From an uncultured Collinsella sp. (GTDB lineage: Bacteria > Actinomycetota > Coriobacteriia > Coriobacteriales > Coriobacteriaceae): DNA of 64,000 nucleotides. The stretch is taken from the NCBI GenBank assembly GCA_902481895.1, contig CABSYR010000003.1:46692-110691 (forward strand), in the 5' to 3' direction. Position numbers and translations under genes: made by a program. The notes under the pieces were generated by a model that made no database searches, was not told where the DNA came from, and saw only the letters and a program-made list of their open reading frames with translations. Of the stretch, positions 50,674 to 60,048 are shown in pieces (the stretch's first letter is position 1; every line of letters begins with the position of its first letter).

Positions 50674-51978
50674 CTACTGGTTGTCAGCAGCCGAGAAATC
50701 CATATCGAGCGAGGAAACGGCCCAGCCGATATGGTTGTCGGAGCGCACGAATTGGACGGTGTACTCCTGCTCGCCGCCCTTGGACAGCGACGCCTTAACC
50801 TTGGCGGTCGTCTCGGTCATGGACTGATCCATGCCCTCGACGGACACGGTGGCACCCTGCGGAATCGAGGAGATGATCATCGACTTAGCGTCCTCGGACA
50901 GGCTCGAGGCCAGGCAAGACTCGGCCTTTGCGGTGTCACCGTCGCCGGCAGCCTGGAACAGATCGGTAACCACAGATTCCTGAGACGGGAAGCCAAAGCC
51001 GCGCGTGTAGGCAAAGCCCAGACCGCCCGCGGCGATCAAAATGAGCAGAAGCAGCACAATGAAGACTTTGAGACCCGTGTGGCGATGGCGACGACGGACC
51101 TTGGCCTGCTTACGGTCCTGACGGTCCTGCTGGACCATCTCGGACTCGGACAGCGTAAAGAAACCGGTGTCCGAGGGATCGGGCATAAACTGACCGGTCG
51201 CGCCCGTAGGATCGAGCGGATCGACGGCAGGAGCGTCCATCGCGGGCGCCGGAGCCGTGGCCATAGCCGTCTGGGCGGATAGCGCGGCAAGCGAATCGTG
51301 AACGCGGGCAAGCTCATCGGCCTGCTCGGAGGTGAGCTGGTAGATGCCATCGGCAGTAGCGGCGTTAAAGGCGTCGAGTGCGTCGGAGGGGCGGCCGGCG
51401 GCAGAAAGTGCCTGACCCATGCCGGCGTTGAGCGCACGCGTGTCGTCGCGGGGGCCGGCAAAGTCGATAGCCGTGCGGTAGGTCTCCACGGCATCCGCCG
51501 GACGGCCGAGTTTAATGAAGCAACGACCAAGCTCGCCGAGTGCGGCGGCAGGAGCCGGATTGGCGCCGTCGATGGCAGCCTGACGGAAGGCAGTACCCGC
51601 GTTGGCATAGTCGCCCGACTGGAACAGCGCGTTACCCAGGCCCAGATAGGCCTTGAACGGCGTGGCATAGGAAGCATCCTGCGTAGCAGCAGAGAACGCC
51701 TGGGCGGCCGTCGTGTAGTCGCCCACGGCGGCGAGCGCCTTGCCGCGGTTGGTGAGCAGTGCGCCGCGCTTGCCGTAGGTGCCGTCGTTGAGAGCGGCGG
51801 CATAGGCCTCGGCGGCCTCGGCATACATGCCCAGGTGCATCAAGGCGTTACCACGAAGGTGATCGGCCTCGCCCATAATCTCATCGGGAGTTTTTGCCGC
51901 CCCAAGCATCTGGGCTGCAGCGGAAAAATCACCCGCGCGGTAAGCGGCGCGGCCCTGTTGGATCAGCTGGCTATTCAA
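50674..51978 (-). CDS. tetratricopeptide-repeat bitopic membrane protein
   Basis: About 6 Ala/Gly-rich TPR units, a linker, a basic stretch RRRHRH, one TM helix and a small C-terminal alpha+beta domain. Confidence 0.8.
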   Translation of the reverse strand: MNSQLIQQGRAAYRAGDFSAAAQMLGAAKTPDEIMGEADHLRGNALMHLGMYAEAAEAYAAALNDGTYGKRGALLTNRGKALAAVGDYTTAAQAFSAATQDASYATPFKAYLGLGNALFQSGDYANAGTAFRQAAIDGANPAPAAALGELGRCFIKLGRPADAVETYRTAIDFAGPRDDTRALNAGMGQALSAAGRPSDALDAFNAATADGIYQLTSEQADELARVHDSLAALSAQTAMATAPAPAMDAPAVDPLDPTGATGQFMPDPSDTGFFTLSESEMVQQDRQDRKQAKVRRRHRHTGLKVFIVLLLLILIAAGGLGFAYTRGFGFPSQESVVTDLFQAAGDGDTAKAESCLASSLSEDAKSMIISSIPQGATVSVEGMDQSMTETTAKVKASLSKGGEQEYTVQFVRSDNHIGWAVSSLDMDFSAADNQ

Positions 51979-51989
51979 GGAAGTCCCCT

Positions 51990-52532
51990 TTACTCGTGAA
52001 CGATCTCGACATGGACGATCTCGTCGCCGGCACGCAGCTGCGAAATCACATCGAGACCCTCGACCGTGGTACCAAAGACGGTGTAACCGGAATCGAGGTT
52101 ATGCTGGGCGCCCAGGCAGAAGTAGAACTGCGAACCCGCGGAATCGGGGTCCATGGAGCGTGCCATGGCAAGGGCACCATCGACATGGCTGTTGCGCGGA
52201 TTGGTGGCAAACTCGCCCTTAATGCAGTAGCCGGGGCCACCGGTACCGGGCATGCCGTCGGGGCCCTCAAGACCGGCAGCGACGTCGGCGCCGGACATAT
52301 CGCGGGTATTGGGGTCGCCGCCCTGAATGACAAAGCCGGGCACATAGCGATGGAACTTAAGGCCATCATAGAAGCCCATCGTGGAAAGCTCGCAGAAGTT
52401 CGCGACATGAATGGGAGCGCCCTCGCCGTCAAACTTGACCTTGATGGTACCCTTCGACGTCTCGATAACGGCGCACTCGTCGCCGGCAAGCTGATACTCG
52501 GGCGTGTAGAGCTCTTTCTTAAAACCAAACAT
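51990..52532 (-). CDS. cyclophilin-type peptidyl-prolyl isomerase
   Basis: FYDGLKFHRYVPGFVIQGGDP, AMARS..PDSAGSQFY and YTVFG motifs. Confidence 0.95.
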   Translation of the reverse strand: MFGFKKELYTPEYQLAGDECAVIETSKGTIKVKFDGEGAPIHVANFCELSTMGFYDGLKFHRYVPGFVIQGGDPNTRDMSGADVAAGLEGPDGMPGTGGPGYCIKGEFATNPRNSHVDGALAMARSMDPDSAGSQFYFCLGAQHNLDSGYTVFGTTVEGLDVISQLRAGDEIVHVEIVHE

Positions 52533-52639
52533 GTGGTTCCTTCCTCGTGCGTTTAAAGCATATTTGTACGAATTGTAGCAATAAGCATGCGCTTACATCA
52601 ATTGCGCACGTAGGTTATGCCGACTATGGCGAACTAATT

Positions 52640-53782
52640 TTAGGAACGCTGCTGCGGCTTCCAGGAGCCCACGTTGGCGTCGTACTGATTAAGCGCGCTG
52701 TTGCCACTCTGCGCGATGGGCGCCAGGATCTCGCTTTGGTGGGAACTCATCGACTCGCCATCGGGAATGGCCAGCGAGATGTCCCAACTCTGGCAGATCA
52801 CGTCGACGCGCTCATACATCCACTCGGCAAGCTGCTTTAAGTGGGCGATGTCGTCCGCATAGACCGTATCGTCTTGGTACTTAAGGTTGTTGAGCTCATC
52901 TTGCGTCTTTTTGATCTGGTCGCGCAGGGCGTAAGCACTCTGTGACAGCTCCTGACGGGTGGACAGCGGCGTTCGGAGATAGCCGTTGTTAAAGGAATCG
53001 ATGACCTCGCCGATCTGGTCCTCGTCACCGTAGGACACGATGGTCTGATACAGACCGTCGAGCCTGGTATAGAGCTGATCATCGGTGAGCACGGTTTCTT
53101 CCTGGACCACCTCGGCAGAATCGTCCTGCTTGGTATCGTCCTCAGTCGCCTCGCCCTTTTGGCGCGTGGGGAAGGTCGTCTGCGCGGCCTGGCCAAACTG
53201 GTCGTAGAAGCCAGGCATGACACCCATGGGATCGGTCGTCACGAACCAATAGGCACCGCCGCAAACGACAGCAAGGACCGCGATGATAATGAGCGGCTTG
53301 GGGATATGACGCTTGTGCTTGTGATAGGCGTCCTCGTCGGGATGCACCTTGCGCTTGGGTTTTTGAGCATCGTCATGCAGGGAAACGGGCGTGGGAATAT
53401 CGACCTTGGGGATACCGAAATCCTTATCGAAAGCCGGCAGCACGCAGGTCTCATTGGGGTCGGCGGCGTCTGAGAGCACCGCAGCGGCAGAGGCTGGCGC
53501 ATGCGGCACCTCGGTATCGATCTGCTCTTGCGTTAGGCGCGGAAAGCCCGCCGTGCGGCCCGCTGCCAGGTCGGATGCGGCCGCGTCCTCGGAGAGGATA
53601 CCCGGAGCGGGGCGTCCGCATTTGGGACACGTACGATCGTGCGGAGAAAGACGGGCACCGCAGCCCTCACAGAACACGAACTCGGTGTGCTCGGGACCAT
53701 CGCCCGGACCCACATAGGCGTTGCAGTAGGGGCAGAACGAGGCGCCGTCCTCGATAGTCTTAAGGCAATGCGGGCAGATCAC
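52640..53782 (-). CDS. double zinc-ribbon bitopic membrane protein
   Basis: Four CxxC motifs (CPHC, CPYC, CEGC, CPKC), disordered linker, one TM helix, helical C-terminal domain. GTG start 53782 after GAGG. Confidence 0.8.
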   Translation of the reverse strand: MICPHCLKTIEDGASFCPYCNAYVGPGDGPEHTEFVFCEGCGARLSPHDRTCPKCGRPAPGILSEDAAASDLAAGRTAGFPRLTQEQIDTEVPHAPASAAAVLSDAADPNETCVLPAFDKDFGIPKVDIPTPVSLHDDAQKPKRKVHPDEDAYHKHKRHIPKPLIIIAVLAVVCGGAYWFVTTDPMGVMPGFYDQFGQAAQTTFPTRQKGEATEDDTKQDDSAEVVQEETVLTDDQLYTRLDGLYQTIVSYGDEDQIGEVIDSFNNGYLRTPLSTRQELSQSAYALRDQIKKTQDELNNLKYQDDTVYADDIAHLKQLAEWMYERVDVICQSWDISLAIPDGESMSSHQSEILAPIAQSGNSALNQYDANVGSWKPQQRS

Positions 53783-53885
53783 GGCATCCTCTTTTCGAAG
53801 CAATTCAAACAATCGAGGTTAGAGCATAACATCGCCAAGGCCCCTCAGGAGCAAGGCACCAATTCAACATCGCCGGGACGCGTAG

Positions 53886-56609
53886 TTACTTCTTCTTTTT
53901 ACTTGGCATCGAGACTTTGATGCCTTGGGCGGACTTGGTCACGCGAGAGCGCTTGGCTCCGGCACCCTTCTTTTTCTTGGGCTGGGCCTGGGCCACGCCC
54001 TCGAGTGCGCGGGCCTCGGCCTCGCGAGCGGTGCGATCTTCGCGGCGCTGCGCCATGTCGGCGGCGACGCGCTTGGCAAAACGCTCGGCCGTCGAACCCG
54101 TCGAGCTCACCTTGCCGCCACCGCGACCCAGGTGAACGCGCACACCACGGCCAAAACCAGTTGCGGCATGACGACGACGCGGCTTGAGCGAATCCATCAT
54201 CGTGGCGAGCTTAAAGAACACCGAGCAGGTAAAGACCACGATAACAGCCAAGATAACCATCTGGCCCATCGACAGGTTGGCAATAGAGAGCAGCTCCGGG
54301 AATCCGATAACGCCCACCAGGATGCCGGCGACTACAAACACAAAGAGCACCACACGTAAGGGCGTGAGAGGCTGCGAGATGCGCCAGATCAGGCTAACGC
54401 TCGCCGCGCACGACGTAAGCAGGCACATCGTAGACAGCGTGAGCTGGCTAAAGCCAAACACGCGCGCCACAAAGATATCGAGCGCCGCAGCCAAAATGAC
54501 CGCAATCGACGCCGGCAGTGCACGCTTGAGTACGTTGGTCAAAAACGCACCCTTCACGCGAGCATTGTTGGGCTCCAGGCCCAACACAAAGCCCGGCGCG
54601 CCGATGCAGAAGAAGTTGATGAGCGTCATCTGGATGGGCTCGAAGGGGTACGGCGGCAGCGCGATGCACAGCGCCGCCAGGCCCATCGAGAACAGCGTCT
54701 TGGTCAGGAACAGCGAGGCCGAACGCTGCAGGTTGTTGATGGAGCGACGGCCCTCGGCCACCACGGCGGGCATCGAGGCAAAGTCGTTGTCGACGAGCAC
54801 GATCTCGGCCACGTTGCGCGCGGCATCGGAGCCGGCCGCCATGGCCACGGAGCAGTCGGCCTCCTTGAGCGCCAGCACGTCGTTGACGCCGTCGCCCGTC
54901 ATGGCCACGGTGTGCTCGCGGCGCTTGAGCGCCTGTACGAGCTCGCGCTTCTGCTGCGGGGTCACACGACCAAAGACATGGTAGCGGTCCACTGCGGCAT
55001 CGAGCTTGGCCGGCGTATCGAGCGTCGTGGCGTCCACATAAGCGTCCGCCCCCGGCACGCCCACCACGCGCGCGATCGACGACACCGTACGCGGGTCGTC
55101 GCCACTGATCACGTTGAGGGTCACGCCCTGCTCGTTAAAGTAGCCGATGGTCTCGGCCGCCGAGGTACGAATCTCGTCGCGGATGGTCACAAAGCCCACG
55201 GGCTCGGCCTCGCCCACCATATCGCCATCGGGCGTAAAGCCATCCACGCGCGCCACCACGAGCACGCGGCAGGTATCGGCAAGCTCGGCGACACGGTTCT
55301 CGACCTGCGAAAACACACGATCAGAGAGCACAAACTGCGCCGCACCCATCACATAGGAGCCCTGCGCAAACGACGCGCCGCTCCACTTTTTGGAGGACGA
55401 GAACGGAATGACCGACAGCGGTTCAGACACCTCGACCGGGCGATCGGCGTAATAGTTGAGCAGCGCCTGGCAGGTCTCGTTGGCATCGGCCGAAGTCGCA
55501 CGTGCCACGTTAGCCAGCGCAAAATCGAGCACCGTGGTATCGACGGGAACAGCCGCCGCGTCCGAGCCGGCGCCTAGGCTCACGCCCTCAACCGGCAGCG
55601 GATACGTGCCCTCGACCTCCATGCGGCCCGACGTGATGGTGCCCGTCTTGTCCAGGCACAGCACGTCGACGCGAGCGAGCGTCTCGATGCAGTAGAGCTG
55701 CTGTGCCAGCACCTTGCGGCGAGCCAGGCGCACCGTGGCGATGGCGAGCACCGACGAGGTCAGAAGCGCCAGGCCTTGCGGGATCATGCCCAGCAGGGCG
55801 CCCACCGTGGACAGCAGCGCCGACGAAGGCACATGACCAGCCAACAGCTCGGAGAAGCACCACGAAAGCGCGCTATCGCCCGGGGTTCCCGCGGCATCCC
55901 ACAGCTCGCTCACACTCGAGGCAAACAACGCCAAACCGAGCGGGATCATGATGATGCTCGCAAAGCGCACGATAGCGTTAAGCACGTTCATGATCTCGGA
56001 ATTGACCTTTTTGACGTACTTGGCCTCGCTATTAATTTTGGCCACGTAGTTGTCGGCGCCGACATGAATCACGCGGGCGCGCAGCAGGCCCGAGTCGATA
56101 AAGCTGCCGCTCATGAGCTCGGAACCAGGCTGTTTCTTAATAAGGTCGCTCTCGCCCGTCAGCAGGCTCTCGTTCACGAGTGCCTCGCCCGAGACCACCA
56201 CGGCGTCAGCGGGAATCTGGTCGCCGCGCCCCAGGCGAATGATATCGTCGAGCACGATCTGGTCCAGGTCGAGCTCCACCTCGACGCCGTCGCGCACCGC
56301 GATGGCCTTCTTGGAGGTCAGCAGCGTGAGCTTATCGAGCATCTTCTTGGAACGCATGGACTGAATGACGCCAATAGCGGTATTGAGGAACACCACGAAC
56401 AGGAACGTCAGATTCTTAAACGAACCGGTCAAAATGACCAGGAACGCCAAGATCACGTTGATCAAATTGAACAGCGTGCAGAGGTTCTCGATGATGAGCT
56501 CTTTGACCGACTTGGTCTTGAGTTCCATGTTGCGGTTGATCTTACCGGCGGCGATGCGCTCCTCGACCTCGGCGGTCGAGAGTCCGCGCTCGATATCCGT
56601 TACTGCCAT
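53886..56609 (-). CDS. P-type ATPase (cation-transporting, CtpE-like)
   Basis: TGES, DKTGT, SGDD and MTGDGVND motifs. TM4 motif is PQGL. Long basic C-terminal tail. Confidence 0.9.
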   Translation of the reverse strand: MAVTDIERGLSTAEVEERIAAGKINRNMELKTKSVKELIIENLCTLFNLINVILAFLVILTGSFKNLTFLFVVFLNTAIGVIQSMRSKKMLDKLTLLTSKKAIAVRDGVEVELDLDQIVLDDIIRLGRGDQIPADAVVVSGEALVNESLLTGESDLIKKQPGSELMSGSFIDSGLLRARVIHVGADNYVAKINSEAKYVKKVNSEIMNVLNAIVRFASIIMIPLGLALFASSVSELWDAAGTPGDSALSWCFSELLAGHVPSSALLSTVGALLGMIPQGLALLTSSVLAIATVRLARRKVLAQQLYCIETLARVDVLCLDKTGTITSGRMEVEGTYPLPVEGVSLGAGSDAAAVPVDTTVLDFALANVARATSADANETCQALLNYYADRPVEVSEPLSVIPFSSSKKWSGASFAQGSYVMGAAQFVLSDRVFSQVENRVAELADTCRVLVVARVDGFTPDGDMVGEAEPVGFVTIRDEIRTSAAETIGYFNEQGVTLNVISGDDPRTVSSIARVVGVPGADAYVDATTLDTPAKLDAAVDRYHVFGRVTPQQKRELVQALKRREHTVAMTGDGVNDVLALKEADCSVAMAAGSDAARNVAEIVLVDNDFASMPAVVAEGRRSINNLQRSASLFLTKTLFSMGLAALCIALPPYPFEPIQMTLINFFCIGAPGFVLGLEPNNARVKGAFLTNVLKRALPASIAVILAAALDIFVARVFGFSQLTLSTMCLLTSCAASVSLIWRISQPLTPLRVVLFVFVVAGILVGVIGFPELLSIANLSMGQMVILAVIVVFTCSVFFKLATMMDSLKPRRRHAATGFGRGVRVHLGRGGGKVSSTGSTAERFAKRVAADMAQRREDRTAREAEARALEGVAQAQPKKKKGAGAKRSRVTKSAQGIKVSMPSKKKK

Positions 56610-56637
56610 ACCACGTCCCATCACGTCGCGTCGGTAT

Positions 56638-56674
56638 AAGAAAAACCGCCCGGACCATGCGAGGTTCGGACGGT
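56638..56674 (-). terminator. terminator after tRNA-Arg
   Basis: Minus strand ACCGTCCGAACC-TCGCAT-GGTCCGGGCGGT-TTTTCTT. Confidence 0.7.
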
Positions 56675-56685
56675 CTTACGTTCGA

Positions 56686-56762
56686 TGGTGCCCCATGTTG
56701 GATTCGAACCAACGACCTTCTGCTCCGGAGGCAGACGCTCTAATCCCCTGAGCTAATAGGGC
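56686..56762 (-). tRNA. tRNA-Arg (anticodon CCG)
   Basis: GCCCTATTAGCTCAGGGGATTAGAGCG-TCTGC-CTCCGGA-GCAGA-AGGTCGTTGGTTCGAATCCAACATGGGGCACCA folds as a cloverleaf with encoded CCA. TATAAT lies at 56774-56779 on the minus strand. Confidence 0.96.
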
Positions 56763-56964
56763 GAACGACTGGCATTATACCCAAGTGCGTCATGGGCTAA
56801 CAAAAGAAAAGAAAAAGCTTTGCAATTCCGTGGGAGACGAGGCGCAACGGCCCACTTTAGAAGGCAAAAGCGAGTCAGATAGTATAAACTCACATGCACC
56901 ATATACACGGCTCGCGATGCGGGCCGTTTTTGCAAAAGTTATCCATCGAGGTGAGAGGCACACC

Positions 56965-57987
56965 ATGATTGCAATTTTAAAGCAGAGCGCCAGCGACGAG
57001 GCCGTAAGCCATATCGTCAGCTGGATTGAGAAAAAGGGTCTGAAGACCGATGTCTCGCGCGGCGAGAACGAGACGATCATCGGCCTGGTGGGCGATACGA
57101 CCAAGATCGACCCGTTCCTGCTCGAGTCCATGGACGTCGTCGAGCGCGTGCAGCGCGTCTCCGAGCCTTTTAAGCGTGCCAACCGTAAGTTCCACCCCGA
57201 GGACTCCGTCATCGACTGCGGTCACGGCGTCAAGATCGGCGGCGACCAGTTCCAAGTCATCGCCGGCCCCTGCTCCGTCGAGGGCGAGAACCTCATTCGC
57301 ATCGCACGCCGCGTGAAGGCCGCCGGCGCCACGATGCTGCGCGGCGGTGCCTACAAGCCCCGCACCTCCCCCTACGCCTACCAGGGCATGGGCCCCGCCG
57401 GCCTCGACCTGCTGTGCGAGGCGTCTGCCGAGCTCGACATGCCGATTGTCACCGAGATCATGGACCCACGCGACGTGCAGGTCTTCCTTGACAAGAAGAT
57501 TGACGTCATGCAAATCGGCGCCCGCAACGCCCAGAACTTCCCCCTGCTCAAGGAGGTCGGCAAGACCCAGACCCCGATTCTGCTCAAGCGCGGCATGTCC
57601 GGCACGATCGACGAGCTGCTCATGGCTGCCGAGTACATCATGAGCGAGGGCAACGACAACGTTATCCTGTGCGAGCGCGGCATCCGCACCTTCGAGACCC
57701 GCACCCGCAACACCTTCGACCTCAACGCCGTGCCGGTGCTGCACCACCTGTCGCACCTGCCCGTCGTCGCCGACCCCAGCCACGCCACCGGCTACACCCG
57801 CTACGTTGAGCCCATGGCGCTCGCCGCGACCGCCTGCGGCGCCAACGGCCTGGAGATCGAGGTCCACGACGAGCCGAGCCGAGCCTGGTCCGACGGCGCC
57901 CAGGCCCTCACCCCCGATCAGTTCGACGACACCATGCGCCGCATCCGAGCCATCCGCGAGGTTGTCTGCCAAGAGACCATGGAGTAG
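56965..57987 (+). CDS. aroF: DAHP synthase, type I-beta with N-terminal regulatory domain
   Basis: IAGPCSVE, GGAYKPRTSPY, QIGARN, LCERGIRTFE and DPSH motifs. Start ATG 56965. Confidence 0.94.
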   Translation: MIAILKQSASDEAVSHIVSWIEKKGLKTDVSRGENETIIGLVGDTTKIDPFLLESMDVVERVQRVSEPFKRANRKFHPEDSVIDCGHGVKIGGDQFQVIAGPCSVEGENLIRIARRVKAAGATMLRGGAYKPRTSPYAYQGMGPAGLDLLCEASAELDMPIVTEIMDPRDVQVFLDKKIDVMQIGARNAQNFPLLKEVGKTQTPILLKRGMSGTIDELLMAAEYIMSEGNDNVILCERGIRTFETRTRNTFDLNAVPVLHHLSHLPVVADPSHATGYTRYVEPMALAATACGANGLEIEVHDEPSRAWSDGAQALTPDQFDDTMRRIRAIREVVCQETME

Positions 57988-57990
57988 CCC

Positions 57991-58905
57991 ATGGGTACGG
58001 TGAGAAACGCGCGCGTTAACCAGGGCGGCCCCAAGTGCGCCGGCATCGTCGGCCTTGGCCTCATCGGCGGTAGCTTTGCCCGCGGCTATGCACAGGCGGG
58101 CGTCCGCGTGCTGGCCTGGGACCCCGATGACGATGTCATGACGGCCGCCAGCATGGGCACTGTCGCCGGAGAGCTCAACGACAAGACACTCGGCGAATGC
58201 GACATCATCGTCCTGGCTTGCTACCCCGAGGCCTGCATCGAGTGGCTCGAGGCGCATGCCCAGGCGCTCGCCGACGCCACCGACACCGAGGCCATTATGG
58301 GCCCCGTGGTGATCGACACGGTGGGCGTCAAGGACATCGTGTGCGAACGCGCCTTTGAGCTTGCCCGCGAACACGGCTTTTACTTTGTGGGCGCGCACCC
58401 CATGGCGGGCACCCAGTTCTCGGGCTACGCGCACTCCCGCGCCGACCTGTTCCAGGGCGCCCCGCTCGTGCTCGTTCCGCCCGCGGTGGACGATGCCCTT
58501 AAGCTGGAGCTCTTGGGGCAGGTGCGCGAGATGGTGCGCCCCTTGGGCTTTGGCAAGTTCAGCGTGACCAGCGCCGCCGAGCACGACCGCGTCATCGCCT
58601 TCACGAGCCAACTTGCGCACGTGGTGTCCAACGCCTACGTAAAGAGCCCGACCGCCCAGGTCCACCACGGTTTTTCGGCCGGTAGCTACCGCGATCTCAC
58701 CCGCGTGGCGCACCTCAACCCGCAAATGTGGTCCGAGCTCATGATCGACGACGCCGACGCGCTTGCCTTCGAGATCGACCACCTGATCGACTCGCTTGGC
58801 GCCTACAGCCGTGCGCTCAAGAACCGCGACCAGCGCTATCTGGAGAATCTCCTTGCCGAGGGCGACCGCATCAAGCGCGCACTCGACGACGAGGCCTCCC
58901 ACTAG
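57991..58905 (+). CDS. tyrA: prephenate dehydrogenase
   Basis: GLGLIGGS, HPMAG, HDRVIAFTSQLAH and GSYRDLTRVA motifs. Confidence 0.92.
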   Translation: MGTVRNARVNQGGPKCAGIVGLGLIGGSFARGYAQAGVRVLAWDPDDDVMTAASMGTVAGELNDKTLGECDIIVLACYPEACIEWLEAHAQALADATDTEAIMGPVVIDTVGVKDIVCERAFELAREHGFYFVGAHPMAGTQFSGYAHSRADLFQGAPLVLVPPAVDDALKLELLGQVREMVRPLGFGKFSVTSAAEHDRVIAFTSQLAHVVSNAYVKSPTAQVHHGFSAGSYRDLTRVAHLNPQMWSELMIDDADALAFEIDHLIDSLGAYSRALKNRDQRYLENLLAEGDRIKRALDDEASH

Positions 58906-58941
58906 ACCACCTATCACGCCAGGTCGAAAGGACCGAAGCTT

Positions 58942-60048
58942 ATGGCGATTACCATCGATATCGACACTGCACGCCCCTACCAGGTGTATGTTGGCACGTT
59001 TTTGCTGGAGCAGGCGGGACCGCTCGTGCGCGCCACTGCCGGCGGCGCCAAGGCCGTCATCGTAACGGACACCAACGTGGGCCCGCTCTACCAGATGCCC
59101 GTTAAGCAGAGCCTGGAGGCGTCTGGCTACGAGGTAAGCATCTGCACCTTCGAGGCCGGCGAGGCCCATAAGCGCGCCGAAACCTATGTTGCCATTTTGG
59201 AGTTTGTGGCCGAGCACGAGCTTTCGCGCTCCGACGTGATCGTGGCACTCGGCGGCGGCGTCGTGGGCGACGTGGCGGGCTTTGTGGCCGCCACCTACAT
59301 GCGCGGCTGTAAGTTTGTGCAGATCCCGACGAGCCTGCTCGCCATGGTGGATTCGTCGGTGGGCGGCAAGACCGCCATCGACCTGGCTGCCGGCAAGAAC
59401 TTGGCCGGCGCCTTTTGGCAGCCGAGCGTGGTTATCGCCGACGTGGGGTGCCTAGCCACCCTCACGCCCGAGCAGTTCGCCGACGGCTGCGGCGAGGTCG
59501 TCAAGCACGCCGTGATCGCCGACCCGGAGCTTTTCGCCGAGCTGGAGAAGACCCCGCTCACGCTGGAGCTGCTCAACCGCGATGTGGCGCGCGTAGCGCT
59601 CATCATCGCCCGCAATATCGACATCAAGCGCGCCGTGGTCGTTGCCGACGAGCGCGAGACCAACCAGCGCAAGCTCCTCAACTTTGGACACAGCGCCGGA
59701 CACGCCGTCGAGGCTTGCGAGCACTTTGAGCTCGGACACGGCAGCTGCGTGTCGATCGGCATGGGCATTATCACGCGCGCCGCGGCCCTGCACGGCGTTT
59801 GCGATGCTGCACTGCCCGGTCGTATTGAGGAGCTCTGCGCCCGCCATGGCCTCAAGACCCGCTGCGACCTAGATGCCGATGCCGTCTTTGCCGAGGCGCT
59901 CCACGACAAGAAGCGCGCGGGCGACACCATCGACCTGGTGATTCCGCACGGCATTGGCCGCTGCAGCATCGACCGCACGCCGCTTTCCACTTTCCACGAA
60001 CTCATTGCCGAGGGCCTCGGCCAGAAGGGAGACGCATCCGCATGCTAG
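58942..60048 (+). CDS. aroB: 3-dehydroquinate synthase
   Basis: GGGVVGDVAGF, PTSLLAMVDSSVGGKT and LNFGHSAGHA motifs. Confidence 0.96.
   Translation: MAITIDIDTARPYQVYVGTFLLEQAGPLVRATAGGAKAVIVTDTNVGPLYQMPVKQSLEASGYEVSICTFEAGEAHKRAETYVAILEFVAEHELSRSDVIVALGGGVVGDVAGFVAATYMRGCKFVQIPTSLLAMVDSSVGGKTAIDLAAGKNLAGAFWQPSVVIADVGCLATLTPEQFADGCGEVVKHAVIADPELFAELEKTPLTLELLNRDVARVALIIARNIDIKRAVVVADERETNQRKLLNFGHSAGHAVEACEHFELGHGSCVSIGMGIITRAAALHGVCDAALPGRIEELCARHGLKTRCDLDADAVFAEALHDKKRAGDTIDLVIPHGIGRCSIDRTPLSTFHELIAEGLGQKGDASAC

Noticed and set aside
56630..56762. tRNA-Arg as an integration site of a genomic island
   Set aside because: No duplicated tRNA 3' end, integrase or compositional shift downstream.
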